Virus record (IMG/VR): IMGVR_UViG_3300037762_000210
Coordinates: 1-49,396 of that record
From: a virus
Lineage: Duplodnaviria; Caudoviricetes
Reading direction: 5' to 3' (one strand)
Length of the DNA: 49,396 nucleotides
A program made the position numbers and the translations under genes. The notes beneath the pieces were generated by a model, which had not been told where the DNA came from, searched no databases, and saw only the letters and a list, made by a program, of their open reading frames with translations. The number at the start of each line of letters is the position of its first letter. The first letter of the stretch is position 1. Positions 1 to 10,197 of this stretch are shown here, one piece after another.

Positions 1-2
1 GC

Positions 3-383
3 TCGCCGATGGACGTGCCACGGGCGCTACGGAACGCCGATGTCGACTTCAAGTTCGAAAGCCCCTTGCACGACGCGATCGAACAGCAAAAGGGAATCAA
101 GTTCCTGGAATTCAAGCAGATCGTCGCGGAGGCCGTCACGCTCGACCCGAGCAGCGCGCACATCCCCGATGCAACCGTGATCCTGCGCGACGTCGCGAAC
201 GCCATCCGCGTGCCAGCGAAGTGGCTGCGCACCGAGCTCCAGGTCGAAGAAGCCCAGCAGATCGCCGCCGAGGCCGCCATCCAGGAGCGCCAGCTTGCCG
301 CGATGCAGCAGGGCGCCGAGGTCACGAAGACCCTGGGCGCCGCCCAACGGGACATGGCCGAGGCGGGCGCGATCCCGCAGTAA
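3..383 (+). CDS. Portal (head-tail connector) protein, C-terminal fragment (5' truncated)
   Basis: Frame is open from the window edge; F.FESPL motif followed by a Q/A-rich helical tail, as in podovirus portals; lies directly upstream of small protein, scaffold and capsid. Confidence 0.8.
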   Translation, partial: SPMDVPRALRNADVDFKFESPLHDAIEQQKGIKFLEFKQIVAEAVTLDPSSAHIPDATVILRDVANAIRVPAKWLRTELQVEEAQQIAAEAAIQERQLAAMQQGAEVTKTLGAAQRDMAEAGAIPQ

Positions 384-386
384 CCG

Positions 387-698
387 ATGGCGAGCGTACC
401 CGCGAAGACCACGAAGAAAGCGATCGAGGACCACGCGCCTTGGCGCCCGCCCGCGTACGAGGAGGCCGACGCCTACGCCATCCAGGCGCTCGCCCGCGGC
501 ACCGCCAACATGGACCAGCAGCGCCGGGCGCTCGCCTGGATCATCGAAAAAGCCGCCGCCACCTACGACATGAGCTACCGCCCGGGCGCGGGCGAGGGCG
601 ATCGTGATACCGTATTCGCCGAAGGTCGCCGCTTCGTGGGCAACCAGGTGGTGAAGATGACGAAACTGAAGATCGGCCAAAGGAGGAGCGAACAATGA
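387..698 (+). CDS. Small conserved post-portal protein (Bbp19-like)
   Basis: 103 aa with the DTVFAEGRRFVG motif typical of the small gene between portal and scaffold in BPP-1-like phages. Confidence 0.7.
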   Translation: MASVPAKTTKKAIEDHAPWRPPAYEEADAYAIQALARGTANMDQQRRALAWIIEKAAATYDMSYRPGAGEGDRDTVFAEGRRFVGNQVVKMTKLKIGQRRSEQ

Positions 699-1624
699 GT
701 ACCGACGGATCCACGGGCGCAAGCCCGAGCACTGGCGCACCGGCGAGCACGGGCGGCATCGCCTCCACAGGCGTACCGGGCTCGACGGCTTCGCAGCTGA
801 TGGGCTGGGGGGATGACTGGCGCGCGCGCCTCGCCGCCGGCTCGACCGACGTCGAGAAGGACCTCCAGCAGCTTGGGCGCTACGAGTCCCCCGAGCAGGT
901 CTGGAAGAAGGCTCGTGAGCTCGAAAAGCGCATGTCGAGCGGGGAACTGCGCTCGTCGCTCAAGGCGGGCGCAACCGCCGAAGAAACCGCGCGCTGGCGC
1001 GCCGAGAACGGCATCCCGGCCGAGGCGAAGGGCTACAAGGTGAATATGCCCGACGGGCGCGAACTACCCGCCGACGACAAGGACTTTATCGAGGCCTTCA
1101 CAAAGGCTGCGCACGCCTCGAACTACACCCAGGCCCAAGTCGACACGGCGATCGCGAATTTTTACACCGAGATCGACCGCCAGGAGCGCGTGCTGAACGA
1201 AGCCGAACAGCTCGCCGTGACGAAGACCGAAGGGCTCTTGCGCGGCGAGTGGGGCGCGGACTACGCGCTGAACAAGAACCTCGCCGAGAGCTTCCTTGCG
1301 CGGGCGCCCGCAGGCTTTCGGGATCGCTTCTGGAACGGGTACCTGTCCGACCATCAGCCGATCCGCGCGAGCCCGGAGATGTGGAAGTGGCTCGTGCAGA
1401 CCGAGCGCGAGATCAACCCCGCGGCCACGGTGGTCCCGGCCGGCACCACGAACATGGGCCAGACGATCGACGCCGAGATCAAGCAGTTCAAAGCCTGGAT
1501 GGCGGCTCCCAAGGGCTCGCCCGAGTACGCGAAGTACTGGGGCGACGAGAAGGCCCAAGCGCGCTACCGCCAGCTGATCGAAGCCCAACAGGGGCTCGAG
1601 GCCAAGGCGGCGAAAGCCGCCTAG
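695..1624 (+). CDS. Capsid scaffolding/assembly protein
   Basis: 309 aa, helical, with LRGEWGADY and YW motifs; sits between portal and capsid; AGGAG RBS and ATGA overlap. Confidence 0.75.
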   Translation: MSTDGSTGASPSTGAPASTGGIASTGVPGSTASQLMGWGDDWRARLAAGSTDVEKDLQQLGRYESPEQVWKKARELEKRMSSGELRSSLKAGATAEETARWRAENGIPAEAKGYKVNMPDGRELPADDKDFIEAFTKAAHASNYTQAQVDTAIANFYTEIDRQERVLNEAEQLAVTKTEGLLRGEWGADYALNKNLAESFLARAPAGFRDRFWNGYLSDHQPIRASPEMWKWLVQTEREINPAATVVPAGTTNMGQTIDAEIKQFKAWMAAPKGSPEYAKYWGDEKAQARYRQLIEAQQGLEAKAAKAA

Positions 1625-1926
1625 CGGTTTGCCCGGCGGGTGCGGCCGCGCCGGTAAGCGCGGACCATCATCACGGTGGTATCGACGACCCGGTAAGCCA
1701 TGGGACTTGGTGGACCGGGCACCCACCGGGCTTATTTGCAAAGCAGCATCTGCGGGTGTAAGGTTCGCCCAGCCGAGGGGCACCCGCAACGCGATCCCTC
1801 GGGCGGAATAGGGCACCGAAACCCGGCCCCGTCCGCTGGCCGCCGGCCCCTCCCAAGGACACCCCGGCCAACAGCAGTGATGGACACCCCGTGTGAGGTC
1901 AACGCGACTTTGCATAGGAGGCCATC
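1625..1926 (+). promoter_or_regulatory. Structured leader of the major capsid gene (candidate cis-regulatory RNA)
   Basis: Stems 1631-1643/1719-1731 and 1737-1743/1908-1914; duplicated CCGGCCCC (1823, 1843) and GGACACCCCG (1857, 1882); AGGAGG RBS at 1916-1921. Confidence 0.55.
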
Positions 1927-2781
1927 ATGGCCGACACCGCATATCAAACGCAGTACCGCGACGAGTTCATCGCCGGCTTCGAAGCGCGCGCGACGCTGCT
2001 TCGGGAAACGGTGACGACCGAGGCGGTGATCAAGGGTAACCAGGCTGTCTTCCTGGTGGTGAGCTCCGGGGGCGAGACCGCGAAGTCGCGCGGCGCCAAC
2101 GGCATGATCCCGGCTCGCTCGGACGACAACACCCAGAACACGGTCACGCTGGGCGAGTGGCACGACTTGGTGCGTAAGACCGGCTTCAATATCTTTGCGA
2201 GCCAAGGCAACCAGCGCCAGATCATGCAGATGACCTCGATGGGGGTCATGAACCGCAAGATCGACGACCAGATCATCACCATCCTGAACACCGGCACGGT
2301 GACGGTCGGCGCGGCATCCGCCACCCCGACGGTGAGCCTCTTCCAGAACGGGCGCGTGAAGCTCTCCAACGCGAGCGTACCCTGGGACTCGAACATCACG
2401 TTCACCTGCCAGCCGAGCTTCCTTGCCTTCCTCGAGCAGGCCCCGGAGTTCGCGAATGCCCAGTACGTCGAGGTGAAGCCCTACTCGGGCGGCGACGTGA
2501 ACCCGAGCTGGCGCGATAAGCCCATGGCCTACCGCTGGCGGAACTGCCTGATCATCGAGCACCCGAATCTGCCGGGCAAGGCGACGGCGTCCGAAAAGTC
2601 GTTCCTGTACCACAAGACCGCGCTGGGACATGCCGCCAACTCGGGCGGGATCTCCACGGCCGTGGGCTACAACGACGAGCAGGACTACACCTATGCGAGG
2701 ACGACCTGCTTCATGGGGGCGCTCCTCCTGCAGAACGCGGGGATCGTGGTCTTCACCTCGGACGGCACGATCTACGGGTAA
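1927..2781 (+). CDS. Major capsid protein
   Basis: 284 aa after the scaffold with a strong AGGAGG RBS; QYRDEFIAGFE...LRETV, MNRKIDDQII and MGALLLQNAGIV resemble podovirus HK97-fold capsids. Confidence 0.85.
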   Translation: MADTAYQTQYRDEFIAGFEARATLLRETVTTEAVIKGNQAVFLVVSSGGETAKSRGANGMIPARSDDNTQNTVTLGEWHDLVRKTGFNIFASQGNQRQIMQMTSMGVMNRKIDDQIITILNTGTVTVGAASATPTVSLFQNGRVKLSNASVPWDSNITFTCQPSFLAFLEQAPEFANAQYVEVKPYSGGDVNPSWRDKPMAYRWRNCLIIEHPNLPGKATASEKSFLYHKTALGHAANSGGISTAVGYNDEQDYTYARTTCFMGALLLQNAGIVVFTSDGTIYG

Positions 2782-2851
2782 CCCGGATGGCCTGCTAGTC
2801 GGCGCCTGAACCGGCGCCGGCATCCGGGCCGAACTTGGAAGGAGGCCGGTC

Positions 2852-3193
2852 ATGGCCTACAGCGGAAGCACGGAACTCTCGAGCGCAGCGAACCCCCCGC
2901 GCTGCGTCTACGGCGGCAACATGTGGGGCAAGCGCAGCACCTCGCTCCTCTCGAGCTCGAAGGTGGTGGGCCAGAACCTGTGGATGTACAACACGACCGA
3001 CGGCACCACGGAGATCGTGTCGAACACGTACTTCACCGACGGCTCCTACCTCGGCATGCGCGAAGGCGATCTGATCATGGGCGCCATCTGCACTGGTACC
3101 TCGGCGACGATGTACGTCGGCGTGATCGGCCCCGTGACAACGGATGGCTGCGGCATCGCGAGCACCAACGGCTTCGTCAGTTCGACGGCGTAA
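2852..3193 (+). CDS. Putative capsid decoration/cement protein (Ser/Thr-rich)
   Basis: 113 aa immediately after the capsid gene; GGAGG RBS; YFTDGSYLGMREGDLI motif; beta-rich composition. Confidence 0.55.
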   Translation: MAYSGSTELSSAANPPRCVYGGNMWGKRSTSLLSSSKVVGQNLWMYNTTDGTTEIVSNTYFTDGSYLGMREGDLIMGAICTGTSATMYVGVIGPVTTDGCGIASTNGFVSSTA

Positions 3194-3274
3194 AGCCGCG
3201 GCAAGTGCACGAAGGCGGGGCCCCACGAGGGCCTCGCCGGCACCACCCCATCACGACGAGGAGGACTCGAAACC

Positions 3275-3793
3275 ATGGAAACCAGCCCCAACCCCAAGGA
3301 CGCGCAAAGCGTCCAGCTCGCCCCCGGCGCGCTCACGCTCTTCGAGCAATCGAGCCTGCGCTACGACGCCGAGATCGCCCCGGGCGTGGACCCGGCCGAG
3401 CTCCTGAAGCCCGCCTTCTGGGCGCACCACGCGGTGCGCCTGCGGCCCTGGAACGAGATCCGCGCGCGCGCGGCCGACGGCACCTGGATGGCGAACTACG
3501 TGGTGCTGGACTGCTCGCGCACCTGGGCGCGCGTGCACCAACTGGACTTCCACCGCCTCACCACCGGCGAAGTCGCCGAGACCCAGGCGAGCGAGCAGGA
3601 GGTCCGGGCCTACATCGAGCAGCACCGCATCACCTTCCGCGGCCCGCAGAAGTGGTCGATCGTGAGAAAGACTGGCAACGCGGTGGTCGAAGAAGGCATC
3701 GCCGACAAGCTCGAAGCCGAGAAAAAGCTCGAAACGCTCGCCCGCTCGCACGTGGGCGGCGCCGGCGCCACGCCAAAGCCGGTAACGGCGTAG
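3275..3793 (+). CDS. Hypothetical virion-module protein
   Basis: 172 aa; GGAGGA RBS; GC3-rich coding style; LLKPAFWAHHA motif. Confidence 0.7.
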   Translation: METSPNPKDAQSVQLAPGALTLFEQSSLRYDAEIAPGVDPAELLKPAFWAHHAVRLRPWNEIRARAADGTWMANYVVLDCSRTWARVHQLDFHRLTTGEVAETQASEQEVRAYIEQHRITFRGPQKWSIVRKTGNAVVEEGIADKLEAEKKLETLARSHVGGAGATPKPVTA

Positions 3794-3812
3794 CCGAAGG
3801 AAGGGTCGGCCA

Positions 3813-4481
3813 GTGACCGACAGGCTCCGCATCTACAACGGGGCCCTGCTCCTGTGCGGGGAGCGGGCCGTGAACAGCCTCTCGGAGAACGTCGAGCCGC
3901 GGCACCTCCTTGATCTGGTCTGGAACGACGAGGGCGCGCGCTACTGCCTCGAGCAGGGCCAGTGGCACTTCGCCATGCGCGCCTCGAGCTTCGATTTCAA
4001 CCCCTCGATTGCCCCCGACTGGGGCTTCAATCGAGCTTTCGACAAGCCAAACGACTGGGTGTCGACCTCCGGGGTGTTCGAAGACGAGTTCCTGAAGAAC
4101 CCGCTCCTGGGGTACGCCGACGAGATCAACTACTGGTTCAGCGACCGGGACGTGATCTACGTGAAGTACGTCTCGGACGATGCAGCCTACGGCCTGGACC
4201 TCTCAAGATGGCCCTCCACCTTCACCGACTACGTGAAAGCCTACTTCGCCGGTCGGATCGTCCACAAGCTCCCGGGTGGCGCCGAGCGGCGCGAATTCCT
4301 CTACGGTCCCCTAGGGCGCCCCGACAAGGGTTACATCGAGCGCTGCCTGATGCTCGCCAAGAACAAGGCCGCCATGGCGCTACCCGCCACTTTCCCCAGC
4401 CGCGGCACCTGGGCGGCCGCCCGACACCGTGGCCAGGGCTTCCGCCGTGACGGAGGCAGCACCACACAATTGATCGGGTAG
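3813..4481 (+). CDS. Tail tubular protein A / head-tail adaptor (T7 gp11-like)
   Basis: 222 aa with IYNGALLLCGE start, WHFA motif and W...F...V.AYFA; precedes the nozzle gene. Confidence 0.8.
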   Translation: MTDRLRIYNGALLLCGERAVNSLSENVEPRHLLDLVWNDEGARYCLEQGQWHFAMRASSFDFNPSIAPDWGFNRAFDKPNDWVSTSGVFEDEFLKNPLLGYADEINYWFSDRDVIYVKYVSDDAAYGLDLSRWPSTFTDYVKAYFAGRIVHKLPGGAERREFLYGPLGRPDKGYIERCLMLAKNKAAMALPATFPSRGTWAAARHRGQGFRRDGGSTTQLIG

Positions 4482-4488
4482 CGCGTCC

Positions 4489-7203
4489 ATGCGCACCCGG
4501 GTCGCCAAGATCGCTTTTAACCGCGGCATCGTCTCGCGGCTGGGGCTCGCGCGCTCCGACATCAACCGGCTCGCCTTCGCGGCCGAGATCCAGACGAACT
4601 GGGTCTGCCGGGTGCTGGGCTCCATGATGCTGCGCCCAGGCACGGGTTTTCTCGCCTCGACCAAGGACGACGCGGTGCCCTTCTTCGTCCCCTTCATCTT
4701 TTCCCTCACCGACAAGGCGAAGCTCGAGCTCACGGACCTCGCGCTCCGGGTCTGGGTGAACGACGCGGTGATCACGAGACCAGCGGTCACGAGCGCGATC
4801 GCGAACGGCACCTTCGACTCCGACCTCACGAGCTGGACCGATGCCGACGAATCCGGGGCGACGAGCGCCTGGCAGACGGGTGGCTACATGGGGCTCACCG
4901 GGAACGGGACGTCTTTTGCGATCCGGCGCCAGGAGGTCACCGTGGCGGGCGCGAACCTGAACGTGGAGCACGCCCTGCGGATCGTGATCGAGCGCGGGCC
5001 CGTGGTGCTTCGCGTGGGCTCAAGCTCCGGGGATGACGACTACATCAACGAGACCGTGCTGGGCGCGGGCGAGCACAGCCTTGCCTTCACCCCGACGGGC
5101 AACTTCTGGATCGACTTCAAGAGCCGTCTGAAGCGCATCGTGCTGGTCGACGCCTGCACGATCGAGGCCGCGGGCGCGATGAGCGTTGCCGCCCCCTGGG
5201 AGGCGGCCGACCTTTCCCTCATCCGGCACGACCAGTCTGGCGACATCGTCTACGTCGCCTGCGACGGCTACCAGCAGTACACGATCGAGCGGCGCGCCGC
5301 GCGCAGTTGGTCGGTCGTGCTCTACGAGCCCGAGGACGGCCCTTTCAGGGTGCTGAACGTCTCCACCACCACGATCGCGGCGAGCGCGATCTCCGGGAAC
5401 GTGAGCCTCACCGCCTCGAAGCCGCTCTTTCGTAGCGGGCACGTAGGCGCGCTTTTCCAGATTACCTCGGTCGGGCAGACCGTCACCGCGAGTATCACCG
5501 CCGAGAACACCTTCACGAACACCATCCGCGTGACGGGGGTGGACGCCGCGCGCGCCTTCTCCATCTCGGTGACCGGGCTCACCGGCACCACGTCCACCCT
5601 CACCCTGCAGCGCTCGTTCGATGCGGGCGCGAGCTGGTTCGACGTGACGAGCTACACCACCGACCAGTCGACCACCTTCGACGATGGCCTCGATAATCAG
5701 ATCATCCTGTACCGCCTGGGCGTGAAGACGGGCAACTACGTCGCCGGCACGATCGTCTCGACCCTCGCGATCACCACGGGCTCCATCACGGGCGTGGTGC
5801 GCATCACGGCGTTCACGTCGATCATTCAGGTTGAGGCCGAAGTGATCACCGACCTCGGGGGCACGGCAGCAACCGAGGACTGGGCCGAAGGGCAGTGGTC
5901 GCCCCTGCGGGGCTTTCCGAGCGCGGTCGCCTTTCACGAAGGGCGCCTCGTCTGGGCAGGCCGGGACAAGATCGACGCTTCGATCTCGGATGCCTTCAAC
6001 GGCTTTGACCCGGAGTTCGAGGGCGACGCCGGGCCGATCAGCCGCTCGATCGGCGCAGGACCTGTCGACACGATCAACTGGCTCCTGTCGCTGCAGCGCT
6101 TGATCGCCGGTGGCCAAGGCTCGGAATTCTCGGTGCGAAGCTCGAGCCTGGACGAACCGCTTACCCCCACGAACTTCAACCTGAAACCAGCGAGCACGCA
6201 AGGCAGCGCACCCGTCGCCGCCGTGAAGATCGACCAAAACGGGGTGTTTGTGCAGCGCGGCGGCGCCCGGATCTACGAACTCGCCTTCGGCCAAAGCGGC
6301 GTGGACTACGAGGCCGGGCACCTCTCGGCGCTTGCCCCGGACATCGGCCTGCCGGGCATCACGAAGATCCTCGTGCAGCGCCAGCCAGACACCCGCCTGC
6401 ACTTCATCCGCTCGGACGGCACCGTGGTGATGATGGTTTTTGACAAGCTCGAGGAGGTCGTCGCGCTGCTGGAAATCGAAACCGACGGCGACATCGAAGA
6501 CGGGTGCGTGCTGCCCGGGGACCCGGGGGACGACGAGGACTTCGTCTACTACGCCGTCGCGCGCACGATCGGTGCCGCAACGAAGCGCTACGTGGAAAAA
6601 TGGGCCTTCGAGTCCGAATGCCGCGGGGGCACGCTCAATAAGCAGGCCGACTGCTTCGTCACCTACAGCCAAGCGGCGAGCACCACGATCGCAAGCCTCG
6701 GGCACCTCGAGGGCAAATCGGTCGTCGTCTGGGACAATGGCAAGTGCCTGCGAACGAGCGCGGACGCGATCGCCACCTTCACCGTAGCGGGCGCCCAGAT
6801 CACGGTGACGAACGCGGGCGCCGCCTACCAGGCGACCGAAGGGATAGTAGGACTCGCCTACGAGGCCCCCTACAAGTCCTCGAAGTTCATCGAGCTGATG
6901 GCGAATGCGGCCTCGACCCTGTCCGACGAGCAGAACGTGAAGTCCGTCGCCCTCATCCTCGCCGACGTGCACGCCAAGGGCCTACTCTATGGCCCCAGCC
7001 TCACCGAGTCCGAGATGCGCGACCTGCCCGAGATCGAAAACGGCGCCCCTGTTGACCCGGACACCGTGCGCGCGGACTACGCGACCGACAAGATCACGTT
7101 CCCAGGCACCTGGGACACCGATGCGCGCCTCTGCCTCCTGGCGAAGGCCCCCCGCCCGTGCACCGTGCTCGCCGCCGTTGCGGAGGTCGAACACCATGGC
7201 TAG
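4489..7203 (+). CDS. Tail tubular protein B / nozzle (T7 gp12-like)
   Basis: 904 aa; FNRGIVS...R.D, RPGT.F, DQSGDIVYV, GFPSAVAFHEGRLVW and terminal PRPCTVLA motifs. Confidence 0.85.
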   Translation: MRTRVAKIAFNRGIVSRLGLARSDINRLAFAAEIQTNWVCRVLGSMMLRPGTGFLASTKDDAVPFFVPFIFSLTDKAKLELTDLALRVWVNDAVITRPAVTSAIANGTFDSDLTSWTDADESGATSAWQTGGYMGLTGNGTSFAIRRQEVTVAGANLNVEHALRIVIERGPVVLRVGSSSGDDDYINETVLGAGEHSLAFTPTGNFWIDFKSRLKRIVLVDACTIEAAGAMSVAAPWEAADLSLIRHDQSGDIVYVACDGYQQYTIERRAARSWSVVLYEPEDGPFRVLNVSTTTIAASAISGNVSLTASKPLFRSGHVGALFQITSVGQTVTASITAENTFTNTIRVTGVDAARAFSISVTGLTGTTSTLTLQRSFDAGASWFDVTSYTTDQSTTFDDGLDNQIILYRLGVKTGNYVAGTIVSTLAITTGSITGVVRITAFTSIIQVEAEVITDLGGTAATEDWAEGQWSPLRGFPSAVAFHEGRLVWAGRDKIDASISDAFNGFDPEFEGDAGPISRSIGAGPVDTINWLLSLQRLIAGGQGSEFSVRSSSLDEPLTPTNFNLKPASTQGSAPVAAVKIDQNGVFVQRGGARIYELAFGQSGVDYEAGHLSALAPDIGLPGITKILVQRQPDTRLHFIRSDGTVVMMVFDKLEEVVALLEIETDGDIEDGCVLPGDPGDDEDFVYYAVARTIGAATKRYVEKWAFESECRGGTLNKQADCFVTYSQAASTTIASLGHLEGKSVVVWDNGKCLRTSADAIATFTVAGAQITVTNAGAAYQATEGIVGLAYEAPYKSSKFIELMANAASTLSDEQNVKSVALILADVHAKGLLYGPSLTESEMRDLPEIENGAPVDPDTVRADYATDKITFPGTWDTDARLCLLAKAPRPCTVLAAVAEVEHHG

Positions 7204-7783
7204 CATGAGCGCCGCGGGCTGGCTGCAACTGGCGGGCGCCTTCGTCTCGGTGCAGGGGAGCCGCGAGGCCGGGCGCCTCTCCAAACTCGCCGGGGAACGC
7301 TCGCGCGTGGCCGCCGAATTCAATGCGCTCGAACTCGAGCGCCAAGCTGGCATCGCGATCGCCCTCTCCCAGAGAACGGCGCTCGAGGAGCAGCGCCTGG
7401 CCGACGTCGCCGCCTCCAGGGCGCTCGCGGTCGCCGCAGCGAGCGGCGCTGGGGTCTCCGACCCCACGATCATGAACATCCTCGCCAGGACGAAGGGTGA
7501 AGGCACCTACCGCGCGAGCGTCGCGCTCTACGAGGGAGAAGAACGGGCGCGCCAATTCCGCATCGCAGCAATCTCCGAGAGGATCGGTGGCTCCCAAGCC
7601 ATGGAAGAAGGCGCGGCGCGCGCCGGCGCCTACAACCTGCAGGCGATTGGGACGATGTTTCGCACGGGCTCGAGCCTCTACGCCAAGTACGGCGGCGGAG
7701 GCCCGGACGCGGCCAGCGTCGAAGGCGCCGCTGGATCCGGGGACGCAAGACTCCTCGACACCGCCGACTACGGAGGGCCGTGA
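7196..7783 (+). CDS. Small internal virion/ejection protein (gp14-like)
   Basis: ATG at 7196 with GGAGG RBS; Ala/Gly-rich with the AAASGAG motif; follows the nozzle gene. Confidence 0.7.
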   Translation: MASMSAAGWLQLAGAFVSVQGSREAGRLSKLAGERSRVAAEFNALELERQAGIAIALSQRTALEEQRLADVAASRALAVAAASGAGVSDPTIMNILARTKGEGTYRASVALYEGEERARQFRIAAISERIGGSQAMEEGAARAGAYNLQAIGTMFRTGSSLYAKYGGGGPDAASVEGAAGSGDARLLDTADYGGP

Positions 7784-10197
7784 TGGCACGCATCATCGAC
7801 CCCGCAGCAGCCGAACGACCCACCGCGCGGGTGGGCGGGGGGATCGCGCGCCTAGGCGCGCGTGGCCCGAGCGAAGCCCCCGCCCAGGCGCAGATCCAGC
7901 TGGGCGCGGATATCCAGGCCGGTGCCGAGGAGATCTTCCGGGCCCAGAAAATCGAGGAGGACCGCATCAACACCCTGCGGGCCGAGGACGCCTTCACGAA
8001 ACTGCGCGAGCGCCAGCTCGATCTCACAGTTTCGGAAGGCGAGGGCTTCGCCCGGCTGAAGGGCGCCGACGCCGTCACGAAGCCCATCAGGAAGGAGTAC
8101 GCCAAGCGCTTCGATGATGCCGAAGCGCAGATCTCCTCCACCCTCACGAACAACGCCCAGAGGGAGCGCTTTAAGGCGCGCGCGGGCATCGCCCGGCTGC
8201 AGTTCGAAGAAGAAATGCTGCGCCACCTCGCCCGCGAGGGCGACGTCTACGCCAAAGAGGTCTACGACGGCGCGGTGAACCAGGCCCAGCGCGAGACAGT
8301 CGGGCGCTGGGATAGCCCGAACGACATCGCGAGCTCGCTTGCGCGCATCCGCGCCCTCGTCCAGGGCCGGGCCGAACGCTACGGCTGGTCGAACGAATAC
8401 CGCGAGGCCGTCATGCAGGAGGAGGCCGGCAAGATCCACTCGGCCGTGATCGAGCAGGCGCTCGCGAGCGGCGATTTCCGCTACGCCGAAAGCTGGTACA
8501 AGGCCTACAAGGACCAGGTGAGCCTGCCCACCGCCAAGCTCCTGCAGCGCGCGGTCGAGGACGGCACGCAAAAGGAACTCGCCGCCTCCTTCAACGGGCA
8601 GTTTCTCTCGCAGCGCGAGAACCGCGCGGGCCTGCGCGCGCTGGAAAGGACCGTGCTCGAATCGCCGCTGGATGAGACGAGGAAGAACATCATCCACGGC
8701 CGGATCCTGAACCGGCTCGATGCGCTCGACCTGCGCGATGAGCGCCTGCGCCTGCAGCAGGAGCGCACGATTGGCAAACTCATCACCGATGCGAACTCGA
8801 ACACGCTCGCCGGCATGCCCTCCACGATCGAGCAGCTCGCGCCGATCTACGAGGCCGCCAAAGGCACCCCGCTCGAGCCCGAGGCGAAGCAAATGGTGGC
8901 GGTGGCCAATGCAACCGGGGCGTTCGCCTCCCTCACCCCGCGGGAGCAGGCCCAGGCGATCACGGGCGCAGAGGCCACAATCCGCGAGGACCCGACCAAG
9001 TTCGACCGCCAACTGCTCGAGGCCTGGAAGTCCATCCACACGAGTCAGCAAACTCAGCTCGCGAACGACCCCGTCACCTTCGCCGTGAGCCGCGGACTTG
9101 CCGAGCCCATGGCGCTCGACCTCTCCCAGCCCGTGCAGGCGGCCCCCGCGCTCGCCCAGCGCTTCGCCCTCACCCGCTCGCTCCAAGCGAAGTACGGCTC
9201 ACCCAACCGCCCGCTCACCGAGCCCGAGGCGAAGCTCGTCTCGAGCGCGATCGAGGGCGCCGGCTGGAAAGAGCGCCGCGACTACCTCGGGCAACTCTTC
9301 CAAGCCTCCCGCGGCGACGTCCAAGGCTACAGCGGCATCATGTCCCAGATCGCCCAGGACCACCCCGTGACCGCCGTGGCGGGCGAATACACCGCGAAAG
9401 GCAGGGGCCGGGCGGCCGAACTCATGCTCGCGGGCGAGGCGATCCTGCGACCCGGCACGAAGGCGGACGGCAAGCCCGATTCGAGCGGCCTCCTCCCGCT
9501 CCCGCCCGAAGCCGACATGCGCGCGCAGTTCGACGATGCGGTGCGCGACGCCTACGCTGGCCGGCCCGAACTGAGGAACGTCATGTACCAGGCCACCCGG
9601 GCGATCTACGCGAAGCTCGCATCCGACGCCGGCGTGAAGGACACGAAGGCGCTCGATGATGACCTCTGGGAGCAGGCCCTCGCCCTCTCCACCGGGGGCG
9701 TGGAGGGCCACAACGGGCGCAGGCTCCCCATGCCATACGGCATGGACAGCGGCACCTTCCGCGACCAAGTGCGCCGCAGAACCGAGGACATGCAGGCCGC
9801 GGGCGCGCTCCCCGAGGACCTCACCGCTGCCCAACTGCAGGTGCTCCCGCTGGAACCCATCGGCGATGGGCGCTACGTCTTTCGCACTGGCACCGGCGTA
9901 CTCGTGAACCCCGGCAAGGAGGGCACCGCGGCGCGCCCGATCGTCCTCGACTTCAACCAAAGCGCGGCCTTCCGCCCATCGGGCTACGGGCGAAGCGCCG
10001 CCGAGCAGAGCGAATTCGATCGCTGGATGGCGGAAACCGGCGGGAAACTCGGGCGCGGGGAGAACGTGGACCAGGCCATCGAGCGCTGGCGCACCAAGGG
10101 TAACCCATCGACCCTGCGCGGCATCAACGCCACCAAGCCCCTGGCCGGCAAGGCGAAGCCCAAGTCCAAACAGGAACCCAGAGGGGTGAGGGGATGA
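7780..10197 (+). CDS. Internal virion/ejection protein (gp15-like)
   Basis: 805 aa alpha-helical protein in the ejection-protein position; start overlaps the previous stop. Confidence 0.7.
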   Translation: MMARIIDPAAAERPTARVGGGIARLGARGPSEAPAQAQIQLGADIQAGAEEIFRAQKIEEDRINTLRAEDAFTKLRERQLDLTVSEGEGFARLKGADAVTKPIRKEYAKRFDDAEAQISSTLTNNAQRERFKARAGIARLQFEEEMLRHLAREGDVYAKEVYDGAVNQAQRETVGRWDSPNDIASSLARIRALVQGRAERYGWSNEYREAVMQEEAGKIHSAVIEQALASGDFRYAESWYKAYKDQVSLPTAKLLQRAVEDGTQKELAASFNGQFLSQRENRAGLRALERTVLESPLDETRKNIIHGRILNRLDALDLRDERLRLQQERTIGKLITDANSNTLAGMPSTIEQLAPIYEAAKGTPLEPEAKQMVAVANATGAFASLTPREQAQAITGAEATIREDPTKFDRQLLEAWKSIHTSQQTQLANDPVTFAVSRGLAEPMALDLSQPVQAAPALAQRFALTRSLQAKYGSPNRPLTEPEAKLVSSAIEGAGWKERRDYLGQLFQASRGDVQGYSGIMSQIAQDHPVTAVAGEYTAKGRGRAAELMLAGEAILRPGTKADGKPDSSGLLPLPPEADMRAQFDDAVRDAYAGRPELRNVMYQATRAIYAKLASDAGVKDTKALDDDLWEQALALSTGGVEGHNGRRLPMPYGMDSGTFRDQVRRRTEDMQAAGALPEDLTAAQLQVLPLEPIGDGRYVFRTGTGVLVNPGKEGTAARPIVLDFNQSAAFRPSGYGRSAAEQSEFDRWMAETGGKLGRGENVDQAIERWRTKGNPSTLRGINATKPLAGKAKPKSKQEPRGVRG

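Noticed and set aside
1751-1815. HDV-like or hammerhead ribozyme in the capsid leader
   Set aside because: A pseudoknot is possible, but the HDV L3/P1.1/J4/2 residues and the hammerhead CUGANGA core are absent.
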